From the NCBI RefSeq assembly GCF_001457595.1, contig NZ_LN831039.1, positions 900,001 through 932,000 on the forward strand: a stretch of DNA of 32,000 bases. Reading direction: 5' to 3'. Both the position numbers and the translations under genes were made by a program. How positions within the stretch are numbered: position 1 is the first letter of the stretch; each line of letters begins with the position of its first letter. Source of the stretch: Mycolicibacterium smegmatis (GTDB lineage: Bacteria; Actinomycetota; Actinomycetes; Mycobacteriales; Mycobacteriaceae). The notes beneath the pieces were generated by a model. The model saw only the letters and a program-made list of their open reading frames with translations, was not told the DNA's origin and did not search any database. This document shows, piece after piece, positions 9,957 to 24,271 of the stretch.

Positions 9957-10191
9957 TCGAGTGTGCGTGTGGGGCGGGCTTGGGCGTGTTTTTCCGCCGT
10001 GGGTGCACGGTCGACATATGGGTGGGCTGGGCGTCGCATCGAGTGTGCGTGTGGGGCGGGCTTGGGCGTGATTTTCCGCCTTGGGCGCACGGTCGACGTG
10101 TGGGTGGGCCGAGCATCGCATCGAGCGTGCGTGTGGGGCGGGCTTGGGCGTGTTTTTCCGCCATGAAAGCACGGTCGACGTGTGGGTTGAG

Positions 10192-10192
<1 letters not shown>
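9957..10192. repeat. Tandem 82-bp repeat, about 2.9 copies (MIRU-like intergenic repeat)
   Basis: Units at 9957-10038, 10039-10120 and 10121-~10192. Copies 1 and 2 differ at about 8 of 82 positions by hand alignment. Each unit has internal complementarity: tcgagYgtgc pairs with gcacggtcga, and GGCGG…CCGCC can pair. The unit length is not a multiple of 3. The third copy abuts the pknG stop codon. Confidence 0.9.
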
Positions 10193-13437
<3,245 letters not shown>

Positions 13438-13442
<5 letters not shown>

Positions 13443-13541
13443 CGGTGGTCTCTTCTTCGCGCAAGCGCTCATCAGTGCTGGTCTCTTCTTCGCGCAAGCG
13501 CTCATCAGTGCTTGTCTCTTCTTCGCGCAAGCGCTCATCAT
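13438..13541. repeat. 33-bp tandem repeat (about 3.2 copies) filling the glnX-glnH junction, in frame with glnH
   Basis: Plus-strand units are ctcatcagtgctKgtctcttcttcgcgcaagcg at 13501-13533 and 13468-13500, a 30-bp variant at 13438-13467, and a partial copy at 13534-13541. On the coding strand each unit reads ATG AGC GCT TGC GCG AAG AAG AGA CMA GCA CTG (MSACAKKR[Q/P]AL). Confidence 0.9.
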
Positions 13542-14857
13542 CGGTACTCACTCAGTCGTGGCCAGATCCCCAACGCCACCGCGACGGCCGCGGCCACGCT
13601 GAGCAGCGCGGCGCCCACGGTCGCGCCGGACAGCACGCGGCGGGCGTTGGCGATGTCGGTGCGCAATTGGTTACGGCTGTGCTCGATCGCCTTGGACAAC
13701 GCCTGGTCGAGCTTGTCGAACGCGGGCGTGGAGTCGTCCTCGCCGGTGCCCAGCGCCACCTGCGTGGCGGCCTGGTAGTTGCCGACGGCGATGTAGGCGT
13801 TGATGCGGTCGTCGGCCGCGCGCCAGCGGGTCAGTAGTTGCTCCGCACCCGCCAGATCGCTCTTGTCGATGCCGATGTCGCGGGCCAGGTAGTCCGAAAG
13901 CTGCTGCTGCATCACGTCGATGCGCTGATAGTAGGACTGCTTGCGCACGTTTTCGTCACCCCGGCGGATCAGCGCCAGCGTTTCGTCGGCGCGGGCCTGC
14001 TGCGCGGTGATGGCGAGTGTGGTGATGGTCTTCAGCGATTCGGCGGCGGTCTCTTTGGCGCTGCGACTGTCCGACGTCGAGATCACCAGCGCGGTCGACA
14101 CCCAGATGAGCATGATCAGCACGGCCAGGCCGCCCGCGACGAAGCCGATGTTGACCCGGCGCCTCGTGCGCCGCGCCAGCCACCGGTTGGCGAAGGCGCC
14201 GAACAACAGCGTCGCGAGCACCACCAGGATCACGGGCAGCGGGATCTGGGTGGACGCCGTGGTCTCGGCGTCCACGCGCGCCGAGGTCTCCTCGTAGAGG
14301 CGCTGCGCGTCGGGCAGGATCTGCGTCTGCATCATCGACGACGCCTCGGACAGGTACGACGAGCCGACGGGGTTGCCCGCGCGGTTATTGGTGCGCGCGG
14401 TTTCGATGAGGCCGGTGTAGACGGCCAGCCGCGCGTTGATCCGGCCCAGCAACTGGATCAGCGCCTCGTCGGTGAGCCCGCTGGAGGCGCGGGTGACGGC
14501 GACGGACGCGTCGACGATGGCCTGCTCGTAGCGCTGGCGCACGTCACGCGGTTCGGCGCCCGCGATGAACGCCGTCGCCGCGGCCGCGTCGGCCACCGAC
14601 AGCGTCGTGTACAGCCGGCCCGCCGCGAACGACAGGGGTTCGGTGTGGTCGAGCACCGTCGTCAGCGCCTGCTGACGGTCGTTGACCGTCGTCGACGTCG
14701 CGAACGCGCTCGCGATGACCAGCGCGGACAGCACCAGGCCGATGGTGAGGATGCGGCCGGGAGTGGTCCACAGGAACCACCAACGCGGGTGGGCAGGTGT
14801 GGTCGGCGACCGGGACGCGAGGGGTTCGGTCGAGGGATGTGCCAACTCCACAGTCAC
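13538..14857 (-). CDS. glnX: Integral membrane protein GlnX (Rv0412c-like)
   Basis: 439 aa with a GTG start at 14857. It has N-terminal (…RILTIGLVLSALVIASAF…), central and C-terminal hydrophobic helices flanking large helical extracytoplasmic regions. It sits first in the conserved glnX-glnH-pknG order. The exact start is uncertain. Confidence 0.85.
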   Translation of the reverse strand: MTVELAHPSTEPLASRSPTTPAHPRWWFLWTTPGRILTIGLVLSALVIASAFATSTTVNDRQQALTTVLDHTEPLSFAAGRLYTTLSVADAAAATAFIAGAEPRDVRQRYEQAIVDASVAVTRASSGLTDEALIQLLGRINARLAVYTGLIETARTNNRAGNPVGSSYLSEASSMMQTQILPDAQRLYEETSARVDAETTASTQIPLPVILVVLATLLFGAFANRWLARRTRRRVNIGFVAGGLAVLIMLIWVSTALVISTSDSRSAKETAAESLKTITTLAITAQQARADETLALIRRGDENVRKQSYYQRIDVMQQQLSDYLARDIGIDKSDLAGAEQLLTRWRAADDRINAYIAVGNYQAATQVALGTGEDDSTPAFDKLDQALSKAIEHSRNQLRTDIANARRVLSGATVGAALLSVAAAVAVALGIWPRLSEYR

Positions 14858-15013
14858 CTGCGCGCGAACCTCACTGCGTTTCGATGCTTACGGCTCTTCG
14901 TCCAAAGCAACTCTATAAAAGAATTCTAAGATTTTCCGGCACGCCTCGCCCTGGAATCACGGCCGGTTCAAAGTGGCCGAACTATTTAGCGTGTCGTTCC
15001 TTATCCTGTACGG
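14858..15013. promoter_or_regulatory. Divergent promoter region, glnX operon / mutT3
   Basis: 156-bp gap with an AT-rich core, ctctataaaagaattctaagattttcc (14911-14937), including the AGAATTCT palindrome (14920-14927). A TATAGA -10-like hexamer is present on the minus strand. No transcript data. Confidence 0.3.
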
Positions 15014-15517
15014 GTGCGTGGCGACGGAGATGGCTGGGTGATGTCGGAGAACGGCGCCCGGTTCTGGGGTCGCCACGGCGCGGCCGGTTTGCTGTTGCGG
15101 GCCCCGATGCCCGGCGGCGCGGCGGCGGTGCTGTTGCAGCACCGCGCGCCGTGGAGTCATCAGGGCGGAACGTGGGCGCTGCCCGGCGGTGCACGCGACA
15201 GTCATGAGACCCCTGAGCAGGCCGCGGTGCGCGAGGCGCACGAAGAGGCCGGCCTACCCGCCGAGCAACTGACGGTGCGCACGACGGTGGTGACCGCCGA
15301 GGTCGCAGGCATCGGCGGCACGCAGTGGACGTACACGACGGTGATCGCCGACGCGGCCGAACCCCTGCACACCGTGCCCAACCGGGAGAGCGCCGAGTTG
15401 CGCTGGGTCCTCGAGGATCAGGTCGCGGACCTGCCGCTGCATCCCGGGTTTGCCGCGAGTTGGCAGCGCCTACGTGAGGTGACCGCGACGATCCCGTTGC
15501 TCAACCGGCAGCGCTGA
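15014..15517 (+). CDS. mutT3: Nudix hydrolase (MutT3-like)
   Basis: 167 aa. Nudix box [24 protein letters not shown]. The N-terminus (V)RGDGDGWV matches my recollection of Rv0413. Its 3' end overlaps the convergent thiE by 17 bp. Confidence 0.85.
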   Translation: MRGDGDGWVMSENGARFWGRHGAAGLLLRAPMPGGAAAVLLQHRAPWSHQGGTWALPGGARDSHETPEQAAVREAHEEAGLPAEQLTVRTTVVTAEVAGIGGTQWTYTTVIADAAEPLHTVPNRESAELRWVLEDQVADLPLHPGFAASWQRLREVTATIPLLNRQR

Positions 15518-16184
15518 TCGCGGCCTTGAGGTCCTCGGCGGCGGCCTTCGGGTCGTCGGCAGCGGTGATCGCGCGCACGACGACGACTCGCCGCGCGCCC
15601 GCGGCGAGCACCTCGGGCAGACGCTCCTGGTCGATGCCGCCGATCGCGAACCACGGCTTGCCGGGACTGTGCGCAGCGGTGGCCCGCACCAGATCCAGAC
15701 CCGGCGCGGGACGCCCCGGTTTGGTGGGTGTCGGCCAGCACGGCCCGACGCAGAAGTAGTCCACCCGCTCCTCGATGGCCACGGCCATCTGCGCGGCGTC
15801 ATGGGTCGAGCGTCCGATGACCGGCCTGCGGCCGATGATGCCGCGCGCGACATCCAGCGGCAGGTCGTCCTGGCCGAGATGCAGCACGTCGGCCCCGGCG
15901 GCCAGGGCGATATCGGCGCGATCGTTGACGGCCAGCAGAGCGCCGTGGCGGCGTGCGGCGTCGGCCAGGATCTCGAGCGCTTCGAGTTCCTGACGGGCCT
16001 CAAGCGGCCCGAACTGTTTCTCACCCGCGGAGCCCTTGTCACGCAGCTGGATCAGGTCGACGCCGCCGGCGAGTGCCGCGTCGGCGAATTCGGCCAGGTC
16101 ACCGCGTTCACGACGGGCGTCGGTGCACAGATACAACGAGGCGCGCTGCAGGCGCTGGACGGGAAGTTCGACGGCTTGGTCCAC
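15501..16184 (-). CDS. thiE: Thiamine-phosphate synthase
   Basis: ORF 15501..16265(-) trimmed to GTG 16184 ([30 protein letters not shown]…). It is collinear with ThiE (…IQLRDKG…, …[17 protein letters not shown]…). The longer extension would overlap the opposite-strand TPP riboswitch and has no ThiE-like sequence. The start is uncertain. Confidence 0.85.
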   Translation of the reverse strand: MDQAVELPVQRLQRASLYLCTDARRERGDLAEFADAALAGGVDLIQLRDKGSAGEKQFGPLEARQELEALEILADAARRHGALLAVNDRADIALAAGADVLHLGQDDLPLDVARGIIGRRPVIGRSTHDAAQMAVAIEERVDYFCVGPCWPTPTKPGRPAPGLDLVRATAAHSPGKPWFAIGGIDQERLPEVLAAGARRVVVVRAITAADDPKAAAEDLKAAISAAG

Positions 16185-16221
16185 ACGGTGACGGTAGTCG
16201 GTGTTCTTTGAGTAATCTGGA

Positions 16222-16318
16222 CGGGCAACACGGGAGTCCCGGGAACGGGGACTGAGAGTGGGCATCGCCGGCCCTTACCGTCACACCTGATCCGGGTCAT
16301 GCCGGCGAAGGGAGCAGG
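16222..16318 (+). promoter_or_regulatory. TPP (THI-box) riboswitch upstream of thiO
   Basis: …cacgggagtcccgggaacggggaCTGAGAgtgggcatcgccggcccttaccgtcacACCTGATCCGGGTCATGCCGGCGAAGGGAgc… It contains the universally conserved CUGAGA and ACCUGAUC-N-GG-N-AAUGCC-GCG-AGGGA cores of Rfam RF00059. Its 3' end runs into the thiO SD (GGGAGCAGGA), 5 nt before ATG 16323. Confidence 0.8.
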
Positions 16319-16322
16319 ATCT

Positions 16323-17323
16323 ATGACACGTACGGTCGCCGTCATCGGCGGTGGCGTCATCGGGCTGTCCGTCGCGCGACGCGCAGCGCTCGACGGGTGG
16401 ACGGTGCGCCTGCACTGCACCACCGAGCGCGGCGCGTCGTGGGTGGCCGGCGGCATGCTGGCGCCCCACAGCGAAGGCTGGCCCGGTGAGGAGCAGTTGC
16501 TCCAGCTGGGGCTGGAATCGCTGCGGTTGTGGCACTCCGGGTTTCTCGACGGCCTGCCCGAGACGGTGGTGACCGCGCGGGAATCGCTCGTGGTGGCGGT
16601 GGACCGCGCCGACGCCGCCGATTTGCGCACCGTTGCCGAGTGGCTTGCCGCCCAGGGGCATCCGGTCGAGTTGACCACCGCCGCCCGTGATGTGGAACCT
16701 TTGCTGGCTCAAGGTATTCGGCACGGATTCCGCGCGACGACAGAGCTGGCGGTGGACAACCGCGGGGTGGTCGACGCGCTGGCCGCGCACTGCGAGCGGT
16801 TGGCCGTGCGGTGGGCGGGGCAGGTCGACGACCTCGCCGATGTCGACGCCGACGCCGTGGTGATCGCCAACGGCATCGACGCGCCGCGGCTGTGGCCGGA
16901 CCTGCCGGTGCGCCCGGTCAAGGGTGAGGTGCTGCGGCTGCGGTGGCGCAAGGGGTGTATGCCGGTGCCGCAGCGTGTGATCCGCGCCCGTGTGCACGGC
17001 AGGCAGGTGTACCTGGTGCCCCGCGCCGACGGCGTCGTGGTCGGTGCCACGCAGTACGAGCACGGCCGCGACACCGCACCGGTGGTCAGCGGCGTGCGGG
17101 ATCTGCTGGAGGACGCCTGCGCGGTGATGCCCGCGCTGGGGGAGTACGAACTGGCCGAGATCGCGGCCGGGCTGCGGCCGATGACGCCGGACGGTTTGCC
17201 CGTCGTGGAACGTGTCGACGAGCGCACCGTGGTCGCCGTCGGGCACGGACGGAACGGATTTCTGTTGGCGCCGTGGACCGCTGAGCGGGTCGCGGCAGAA
17301 CTCGAAGTGGGTGTGGGAGCGAA

Positions 17324-17327
<4 letters not shown>
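16323..17327 (+). CDS. thiO: Glycine oxidase ThiO (FAD-dependent)
   Basis: ORF 16299..17327 trimmed to ATG 16323 (MTRTVAVIGGGVIGLSVA, a GxGxxG dinucleotide fold). DAO-family length. Position equivalent to Rv0415. Confidence 0.9.
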
Positions 17328-19045
<1,718 letters not shown>

Positions 19046-19049
19046 GATC

Positions 19050-19970
19050 ATGGTGGCAATGATCGAACTCGCCGGGCTGACAAAGCTCTACGGAACCCAC
19101 CGCGCCGTCGACGACCTCAGCTTCACCGTCGAACCGGGCGTGGTCACCGGCTTCCTCGGGCCCAACGGCGCGGGCAAGACCACCACCATGCGGCTGATCC
19201 TCGGCCTGGATCACCCCACGTCCGGCACCGCGACCATCGACGGCAAGCGCTACCGCGAGCTCAAGAATCCGCTGCGCACCGTCGGCGCCCTGCTCGACGC
19301 GCGGCAGGCGCATCCCAACCGCTCGGCCCGCAGCCACCTGCGGTGGATCGCCGCGGCCAACCGCATTCCGGCGTCCCGCGTGGACGAGGTGCTGGAGATG
19401 GTCGGGCTGGCCTCGGCCGCCGACCGCAACGCCGGGGCGCTGTCGCTGGGGATGAGCCAGCGGCTGGGCATCGCCGCGGCGCTGCTGGGAGATCCGCCGG
19501 TGCTGTTGTTCGACGAACCGGTCAACGGGCTGGATCCCGAGGGCATCCACTGGGTACGCACGCTGATGCGCGAGCTGGCCGGTGAAGGTCGCACGGTGTT
19601 CGTGTCGAGCCATCTGCTGGCCGAGATGGCGAATACCGCCGACCGCCTGGTGGTGATCGGGCAGGGCAAGCTGATCGCGTCGACCACGGTCACGGAGTTC
19701 GTCAACGGCTCCGACGCCGACACCGTGCGGGTGCGCAGCCCGCAGTTGGAGACGCTGCGCGACGTGCTCTCGGACGCCGGACTCGACGTCGTCACCGAAC
19801 CCGACGGCGGTGCCCTCAACGTGCACGGGGTGGCGATCGAGGTGATCGGCGATCTCGCGGCCCGCAACGCCATCACACTGCACGAGTTGAGCCGCAGGCA
19901 GGCGTCGCTGGAGGAGGCGTACTTGAAGCTCACCGATGATGCCGTCGACTACCGGGCGGTGCAGCCGTGA
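19050..19970 (+). CDS. ABC transporter ATP-binding protein (ABC-2/DrrA-like)
   Basis: ORF 18597..19970 trimmed to ATG 19050 (MVAMIELAGLTKLYG…). Walker A GPNGAGKTT, signature LSLGMSQRL, Walker B VLLFDEP. The upstream extension overlaps the SGNH gene. Confidence 0.9.
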   Translation: MVAMIELAGLTKLYGTHRAVDDLSFTVEPGVVTGFLGPNGAGKTTTMRLILGLDHPTSGTATIDGKRYRELKNPLRTVGALLDARQAHPNRSARSHLRWIAAANRIPASRVDEVLEMVGLASAADRNAGALSLGMSQRLGIAAALLGDPPVLLFDEPVNGLDPEGIHWVRTLMRELAGEGRTVFVSSHLLAEMANTADRLVVIGQGKLIASTTVTEFVNGSDADTVRVRSPQLETLRDVLSDAGLDVVTEPDGGALNVHGVAIEVIGDLAARNAITLHELSRRQASLEEAYLKLTDDAVDYRAVQP

Positions 19971-20725
19971 GCGCGCTTGCAGCGCTGGACGCCGAGCGCA
20001 TCAAACTCTCCACGACGCGCTCGCCGCTGTGGTCGGTGGTCGGTGCCGCCGTGCTGAGCTTCGCCATCGCGGCGCTGCAGGGCTGGAGCGCCTATGGCTA
20101 CACGCCGTTGCCACCAGGCAAGGCCGCGCTGGGCGTCGCGGTGTTCGGGGTTCCGGTGCTCATGGTGCTGGCGTCGATGACCATGACGGGCGAGTACCGC
20201 ACCGGATTGATCCGCACGACGTTCATGGCCACACCGAACCGGTCCGTGGTGCTCGCCGCGAAAGCCATTGTGTGCGCCGCGTTTTCCTCGGTCGCGGCGA
20301 TCGTCATGGTGCTGGGCGCGGTGCTGGTGGCCCGGTTGTTCACCGATCCGCTGATCGCGGTGGATCTCTCGCCGACCAATCCCGCGACCTGGCAGGTGGC
20401 CGGGAGCTTCGCGTTGTATGCCGCGTTGGCCGCGATCCTCGGTGTGGCCGTCGGCGCGTTGGTGCGGTTCTCGGCGGGCGCCGTCGCGGTGCTGCTGTTG
20501 TGGCCGCTGGTCGCCGAGCCGCTGCTGGCCAACATGCCCGGCAACGGCGCCCAAATCGGGCCGTGGCTGCCGTTCGTGCACATGTACCGGTTCCTCGACG
20601 TCGACTGGTTGTTCCCGAGTTACGCCATGCCGTGGGGTCCGGTGGGGTCGCTGATCTACTTCGTGGTGCTGGTCGTGGTGGTCTTCGTCGCTGCCGTCGT
20701 GGCGCTCAACCGGCGGGATGCGTAG
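19967..20725 (+). CDS. ABC-2 type transporter permease
   Basis: 252 aa with about six hydrophobic helices. The GTG start overlaps the ATPase stop (GTGA). Confidence 0.8.
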   Translation: MSALAALDAERIKLSTTRSPLWSVVGAAVLSFAIAALQGWSAYGYTPLPPGKAALGVAVFGVPVLMVLASMTMTGEYRTGLIRTTFMATPNRSVVLAAKAIVCAAFSSVAAIVMVLGAVLVARLFTDPLIAVDLSPTNPATWQVAGSFALYAALAAILGVAVGALVRFSAGAVAVLLLWPLVAEPLLANMPGNGAQIGPWLPFVHMYRFLDVDWLFPSYAMPWGPVGSLIYFVVLVVVVFVAAVVALNRRDA

Positions 20726-20793
20726 GTCGTCCGGTTGTTGCTGAACCGCCTGCCTCTCGGCCGCTAAGCTGCTGGATAGCTTGACGGAGTCAC

Positions 20794-23166
20794 GTGTCGA
20801 GGGGGCCATCTGTGAGTGTGCTCGACGGGTTTTATTCGACGCTGTCGAAGGCTAGGCAGACGTTCGGTGAGGGACCGCCGAGTGACGGTGCGGAGTTCGA
20901 CCAGAGCTCGCAGCTTCTGCAAATGAAGGCGAATGTGGAGGCGGCGGCTCCCGACGATCGCTGGCAGGGGTCGGGTGCGAATGCCTACGCGGCGGCGAAC
21001 AGGGAGCACGCCGCGGTCTACGAGAAGCTCGCAGATCTGGACCGCAGGATGGCAGCCGAGGTCAAGAATGCTGCCGGTGTGGTGTCCAGCGGGCGCCAAG
21101 GTCTGGACTCGACGGCAAACTGGGTCAACAGCGCCGTTCAATCCCTGCCGCCCACGTCGGAACAGGACCGGGAACGCAAGCTTCTGCCGATCGCCCGTGA
21201 AGGCATCAGCCAGGTCAACGGGATCGTGCAGTCGGCCACCGCCCAGATGGTGGAGATCAAGGGTCGCATCACCGGTCTCAAGGGCGAGTACGAGGCACTG
21301 AGCAACCAAAAGTTCGCGCCGGGCGGCGACAAGTCCGAGGAGGACAAGAACGAGAAAGACGACGACGTCCAGAAGGTGACGGGCGACGACGCCGACAAAG
21401 ACGAGCGCGACGGGAAGGCGGACGGCGAAGCCTTGGCGGAACAGGCGAACCTGCCCTCGGCGCATCGTGATCCGGCGGTGCTGGATGAGGTTGCCGCGAA
21501 TCTCCCGGAGTCTCCCCTCACGGCCGAGCAGATGGCCGCTCTCGCAGCCGGTGAAGAAGTCAACGACGTCCCGAAGGAGACGCTCGACTATTACCGGGAC
21601 TTCTACAATGCCGCGGGCAAGGACGGCCTGCTTCTGCTCGACCGGCACCTGGAGTCGCAGGAGGCGGGCGGCGATGCCGAGGTAGGAGCCCAACGAGACA
21701 GGCTCGCCAACGGATTGACACTTACCAGCAACGAGAAGGTGGTTGAACTCAACCCGGACGGTTCGGTCGCGGCACGCGGTGGCTACGACCAGTTGCCGGC
21801 TGACCTGCGCGAAATGCTCGAGGTACGTCGCGCGGATCCGACCTATCCGGGTTGGGAGAATCTTGGACCTACCGATGCGAAGAACCAGCATGTCGCTGAT
21901 GTGGTGCAGTTCAGTGAGCTGATGGGTGAAGCCAACCCGGGTTACCAGCCCGGGACGAAGCTGGGCACCGAGATGTACCTGAAGTCGGCCGACATGGTCG
22001 AGAACTCCACCGGTGGTTGGGGAATGACCGATACACCACCGGAAGCCTATGAGCGCGCGGCGAGTTCGTTGGCCGAGATCGCGGGCCGCAACAACGAGTC
22101 GTCGTATCAGATCTGGTCCGGAGACGGAATGCCCGAGGGATATGACCCTAAGGAAACGGTCCGCACATTGATCGGCCACGACTGGTCGCAGAGCGGGGGT
22201 GGGGGAAGCGGTGCGGCGACCCTGCTGGACTGGATGACCGAGGACACCCAACGTCCGATCGGCGACCCCATCGGTGACCGCGCGCGGCAGGCGTTCGTCG
22301 ACCTTCCGGACTACCTGGCGCCCAGCGACACCGACCCGGTATGGGACAGCCAGCGCGACGCATTCGCTCGCAATCCTGCGATCTCTACAGAGATGAGTCA
22401 ACTTCTGGCTTCACACACTGGTGCGCTGGTGGCGCCCGGCCAGCAGAACGGCTTTGTCGACACCAGGATCGATCCGGAAGGCTATCCGCGGATCAGCGCG
22501 GACGACGCCAACCGCCTGTTGGAACTCGGCTCCTACTCCGAGGAGGGGAGGACGACACTGACCACTGCGGCCGAACCTGCCCGCATCGAAGAGTTGCAGA
22601 CAGCCATGGGGAATCACCCGGGCAACCTGGCCGACTATGTGGCCAATAGCCCCGCAGGCGCGTTGTCAGGGCGCATCGACCACGCGATGACGGAAGCCAT
22701 CACCAACCAGAACGAGGTGCTCCAGCAGGACGTCGTGGCGAAGGACGCGGTCTATCGCGCGAAAGTCGCCGGTGCCGAGCTAGCAGGCTCGCTCGCCGAC
22801 GAACTGACACCGAAGATTCCTCGTGCCGGTGAGGTCATCGGCTATACCGGGCTGGACCCGGGCGCAACTGTCGAGAACGCCATCAAGCACTTCATCGAGG
22901 CCCCCGAGTACAAAGCGCTCACGGTGCCCGACGACGACATCTTGATGGCGGGGTCGAACGTACAGGCGCAGCAGACGGTGCTGGAAGCGGCGATGAAGGC
23001 TGGTGAGCTGCCCGACGAGTTGAAGCGCGGCGATTCACCCGTACAGATCTCCGAATTGGGGCCGGACAGTCGGGCGTACCAGATCGTCCAGAAGTACCTC
23101 ATCGAGCGTGGCTTGGCACAGTATGTCACCGACTATGCGCAGAGCTACTCAATCGCCCTGAAATAA
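20794..23166 (+). CDS. Large protein with an EspA/EspE-like (WxG) N-terminal domain, putative type VII secretion substrate/effector
   Basis: 790 aa. GTG 20794 has GGAG 4 nt upstream. Residues ~55-100, DDRWQGSGANAYAAANREHAAVYEKLADLDRRMAAEV, match the W-x-G…N-R-x-H…ELADLDR core I recall from EspA (Rv3616c) and EspE. An acidic low-complexity linker follows (GGDKSEEDKNEKDDDVQKVTGDDADKDERDGKADGE, about 21320-21430). The remaining ~580 aa are a helical-looking domain of unknown function. Confidence 0.8.
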   Translation: MSRGPSVSVLDGFYSTLSKARQTFGEGPPSDGAEFDQSSQLLQMKANVEAAAPDDRWQGSGANAYAAANREHAAVYEKLADLDRRMAAEVKNAAGVVSSGRQGLDSTANWVNSAVQSLPPTSEQDRERKLLPIAREGISQVNGIVQSATAQMVEIKGRITGLKGEYEALSNQKFAPGGDKSEEDKNEKDDDVQKVTGDDADKDERDGKADGEALAEQANLPSAHRDPAVLDEVAANLPESPLTAEQMAALAAGEEVNDVPKETLDYYRDFYNAAGKDGLLLLDRHLESQEAGGDAEVGAQRDRLANGLTLTSNEKVVELNPDGSVAARGGYDQLPADLREMLEVRRADPTYPGWENLGPTDAKNQHVADVVQFSELMGEANPGYQPGTKLGTEMYLKSADMVENSTGGWGMTDTPPEAYERAASSLAEIAGRNNESSYQIWSGDGMPEGYDPKETVRTLIGHDWSQSGGGGSGAATLLDWMTEDTQRPIGDPIGDRARQAFVDLPDYLAPSDTDPVWDSQRDAFARNPAISTEMSQLLASHTGALVAPGQQNGFVDTRIDPEGYPRISADDANRLLELGSYSEEGRTTLTTAAEPARIEELQTAMGNHPGNLADYVANSPAGALSGRIDHAMTEAITNQNEVLQQDVVAKDAVYRAKVAGAELAGSLADELTPKIPRAGEVIGYTGLDPGATVENAIKHFIEAPEYKALTVPDDDILMAGSNVQAQQTVLEAAMKAGELPDELKRGDSPVQISELGPDSRAYQIVQKYLIERGLAQYVTDYAQSYSIALK

Positions 23167-23187
23167 CTTGAGTACAAGGGAGACCTG

Positions 23188-23913
23188 TTGATAGAACCGA
23201 CGCGACGGCGATCGTCTGTGGATGCGTCAGGCGCGTTGACCCGTATGAGCGTCGTCATACTGGCTGCGGTCGCGGTTGCCTTCTTCGGCGGATGCGGTAC
23301 CGACACTGAATTCTCGACACCGACGACGTCGGCTGCGGTCGATTTCCCCTATCCGCCGTTTGAAATTCGGACCGACATTGCGGTCCCGCTTCCGCCTCGT
23401 CTCAGAGACGCTGCCCAGTTCGCGCTGGACATGTCGGTCGACGACCGCCGGAAGAACGATCCCAACGACGACGAAGCTGACCGACGGTTCCGAAGCCAGA
23501 TCGCGCCGGAGGCCGACATCGCGGACCTTCCGCCAGGCCCCGATACTGCTATCGGAGAGACGGGGGGCGCGCTTCACCGTGCGGTGGGTGCTCGGGGTCT
23601 ACCCGATGACACGGTCGAAGTGACGATTTGTCAGTACGACACCCCGGGTCTCTACACGAAGTTGAAGGACGGACGGATTGTCAGCTCCGACATTCCGATG
23701 AGTGTCCAACGTCCTCTGGTGCAGTGGACCGGTCGGCCCGCAGCTGATGGCACCACTCCTGCTGGCCCTCGGTGGCTTTGGGTTGGCGAGACCGCTTCGT
23801 ACAACCTGCCTGCCCAACAAGTTGCTGAGCTTTGCGATCCGTTCAAACCCGAACCGTTCATCCAGAAGATGCCCGACCCGACGACAGCAGCATCCGCGAC
23901 GCCGAGCGGATAG
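23188..23913 (+). CDS. Hypothetical secreted/lipoprotein-like protein
   Basis: 241 aa. TTG 23188 has GGGAG 5 nt upstream; the alternative ATG is at 23245. The N-terminus has a basic region (TRRRSS), a hydrophobic core VVILAAVAVAFFGG and then Cys (a non-canonical lipobox). I recognise no family. It starts 21 nt after the 790-aa gene. Confidence 0.6.
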   Translation: MIEPTRRRSSVDASGALTRMSVVILAAVAVAFFGGCGTDTEFSTPTTSAAVDFPYPPFEIRTDIAVPLPPRLRDAAQFALDMSVDDRRKNDPNDDEADRRFRSQIAPEADIADLPPGPDTAIGETGGALHRAVGARGLPDDTVEVTICQYDTPGLYTKLKDGRIVSSDIPMSVQRPLVQWTGRPAADGTTPAGPRWLWVGETASYNLPAQQVAELCDPFKPEPFIQKMPDPTTAASATPSG

Positions 23914-24271
23914 CGTAGTCAAGTTAGATTCCGTCGAGCATCTAGAGAAATGTCAGCCTTTGGAAGGCCAGCTAAGTACGTCACCGGTTACGGCCAGAGC
24001 TATTCGTTCGTACTGAAGGGTTAGCAGTGGAAACGCTACCGAATCCGATTCTGTGTTGAGCATGACCAATTGGCGAAAGAGCAGCGTGCTCGGGCCGAAT
24101 CCGGTGCCGGGTATACCGGTGCCACCGCCGACAAGGCCCCTGTCGCGCCGTCGACCACTGGTTCCGAGAACACCACTGCATCGCCCGACACCGCGCCGGT
24201 GCGTCCGCCGACCAGAGTTCCCACTGATTCGTCAATTCTGTTGTGACCGTTGAGTTCCTCGACCTGAAGGT

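Noticed and set aside
16185-16265. 27-codon N-terminal extension of the thiE ORF.
   Set aside because: It has no ThiE-like sequence and would be antisense to the TPP aptamer. GTG 16184 gives a protein of normal ThiE length.
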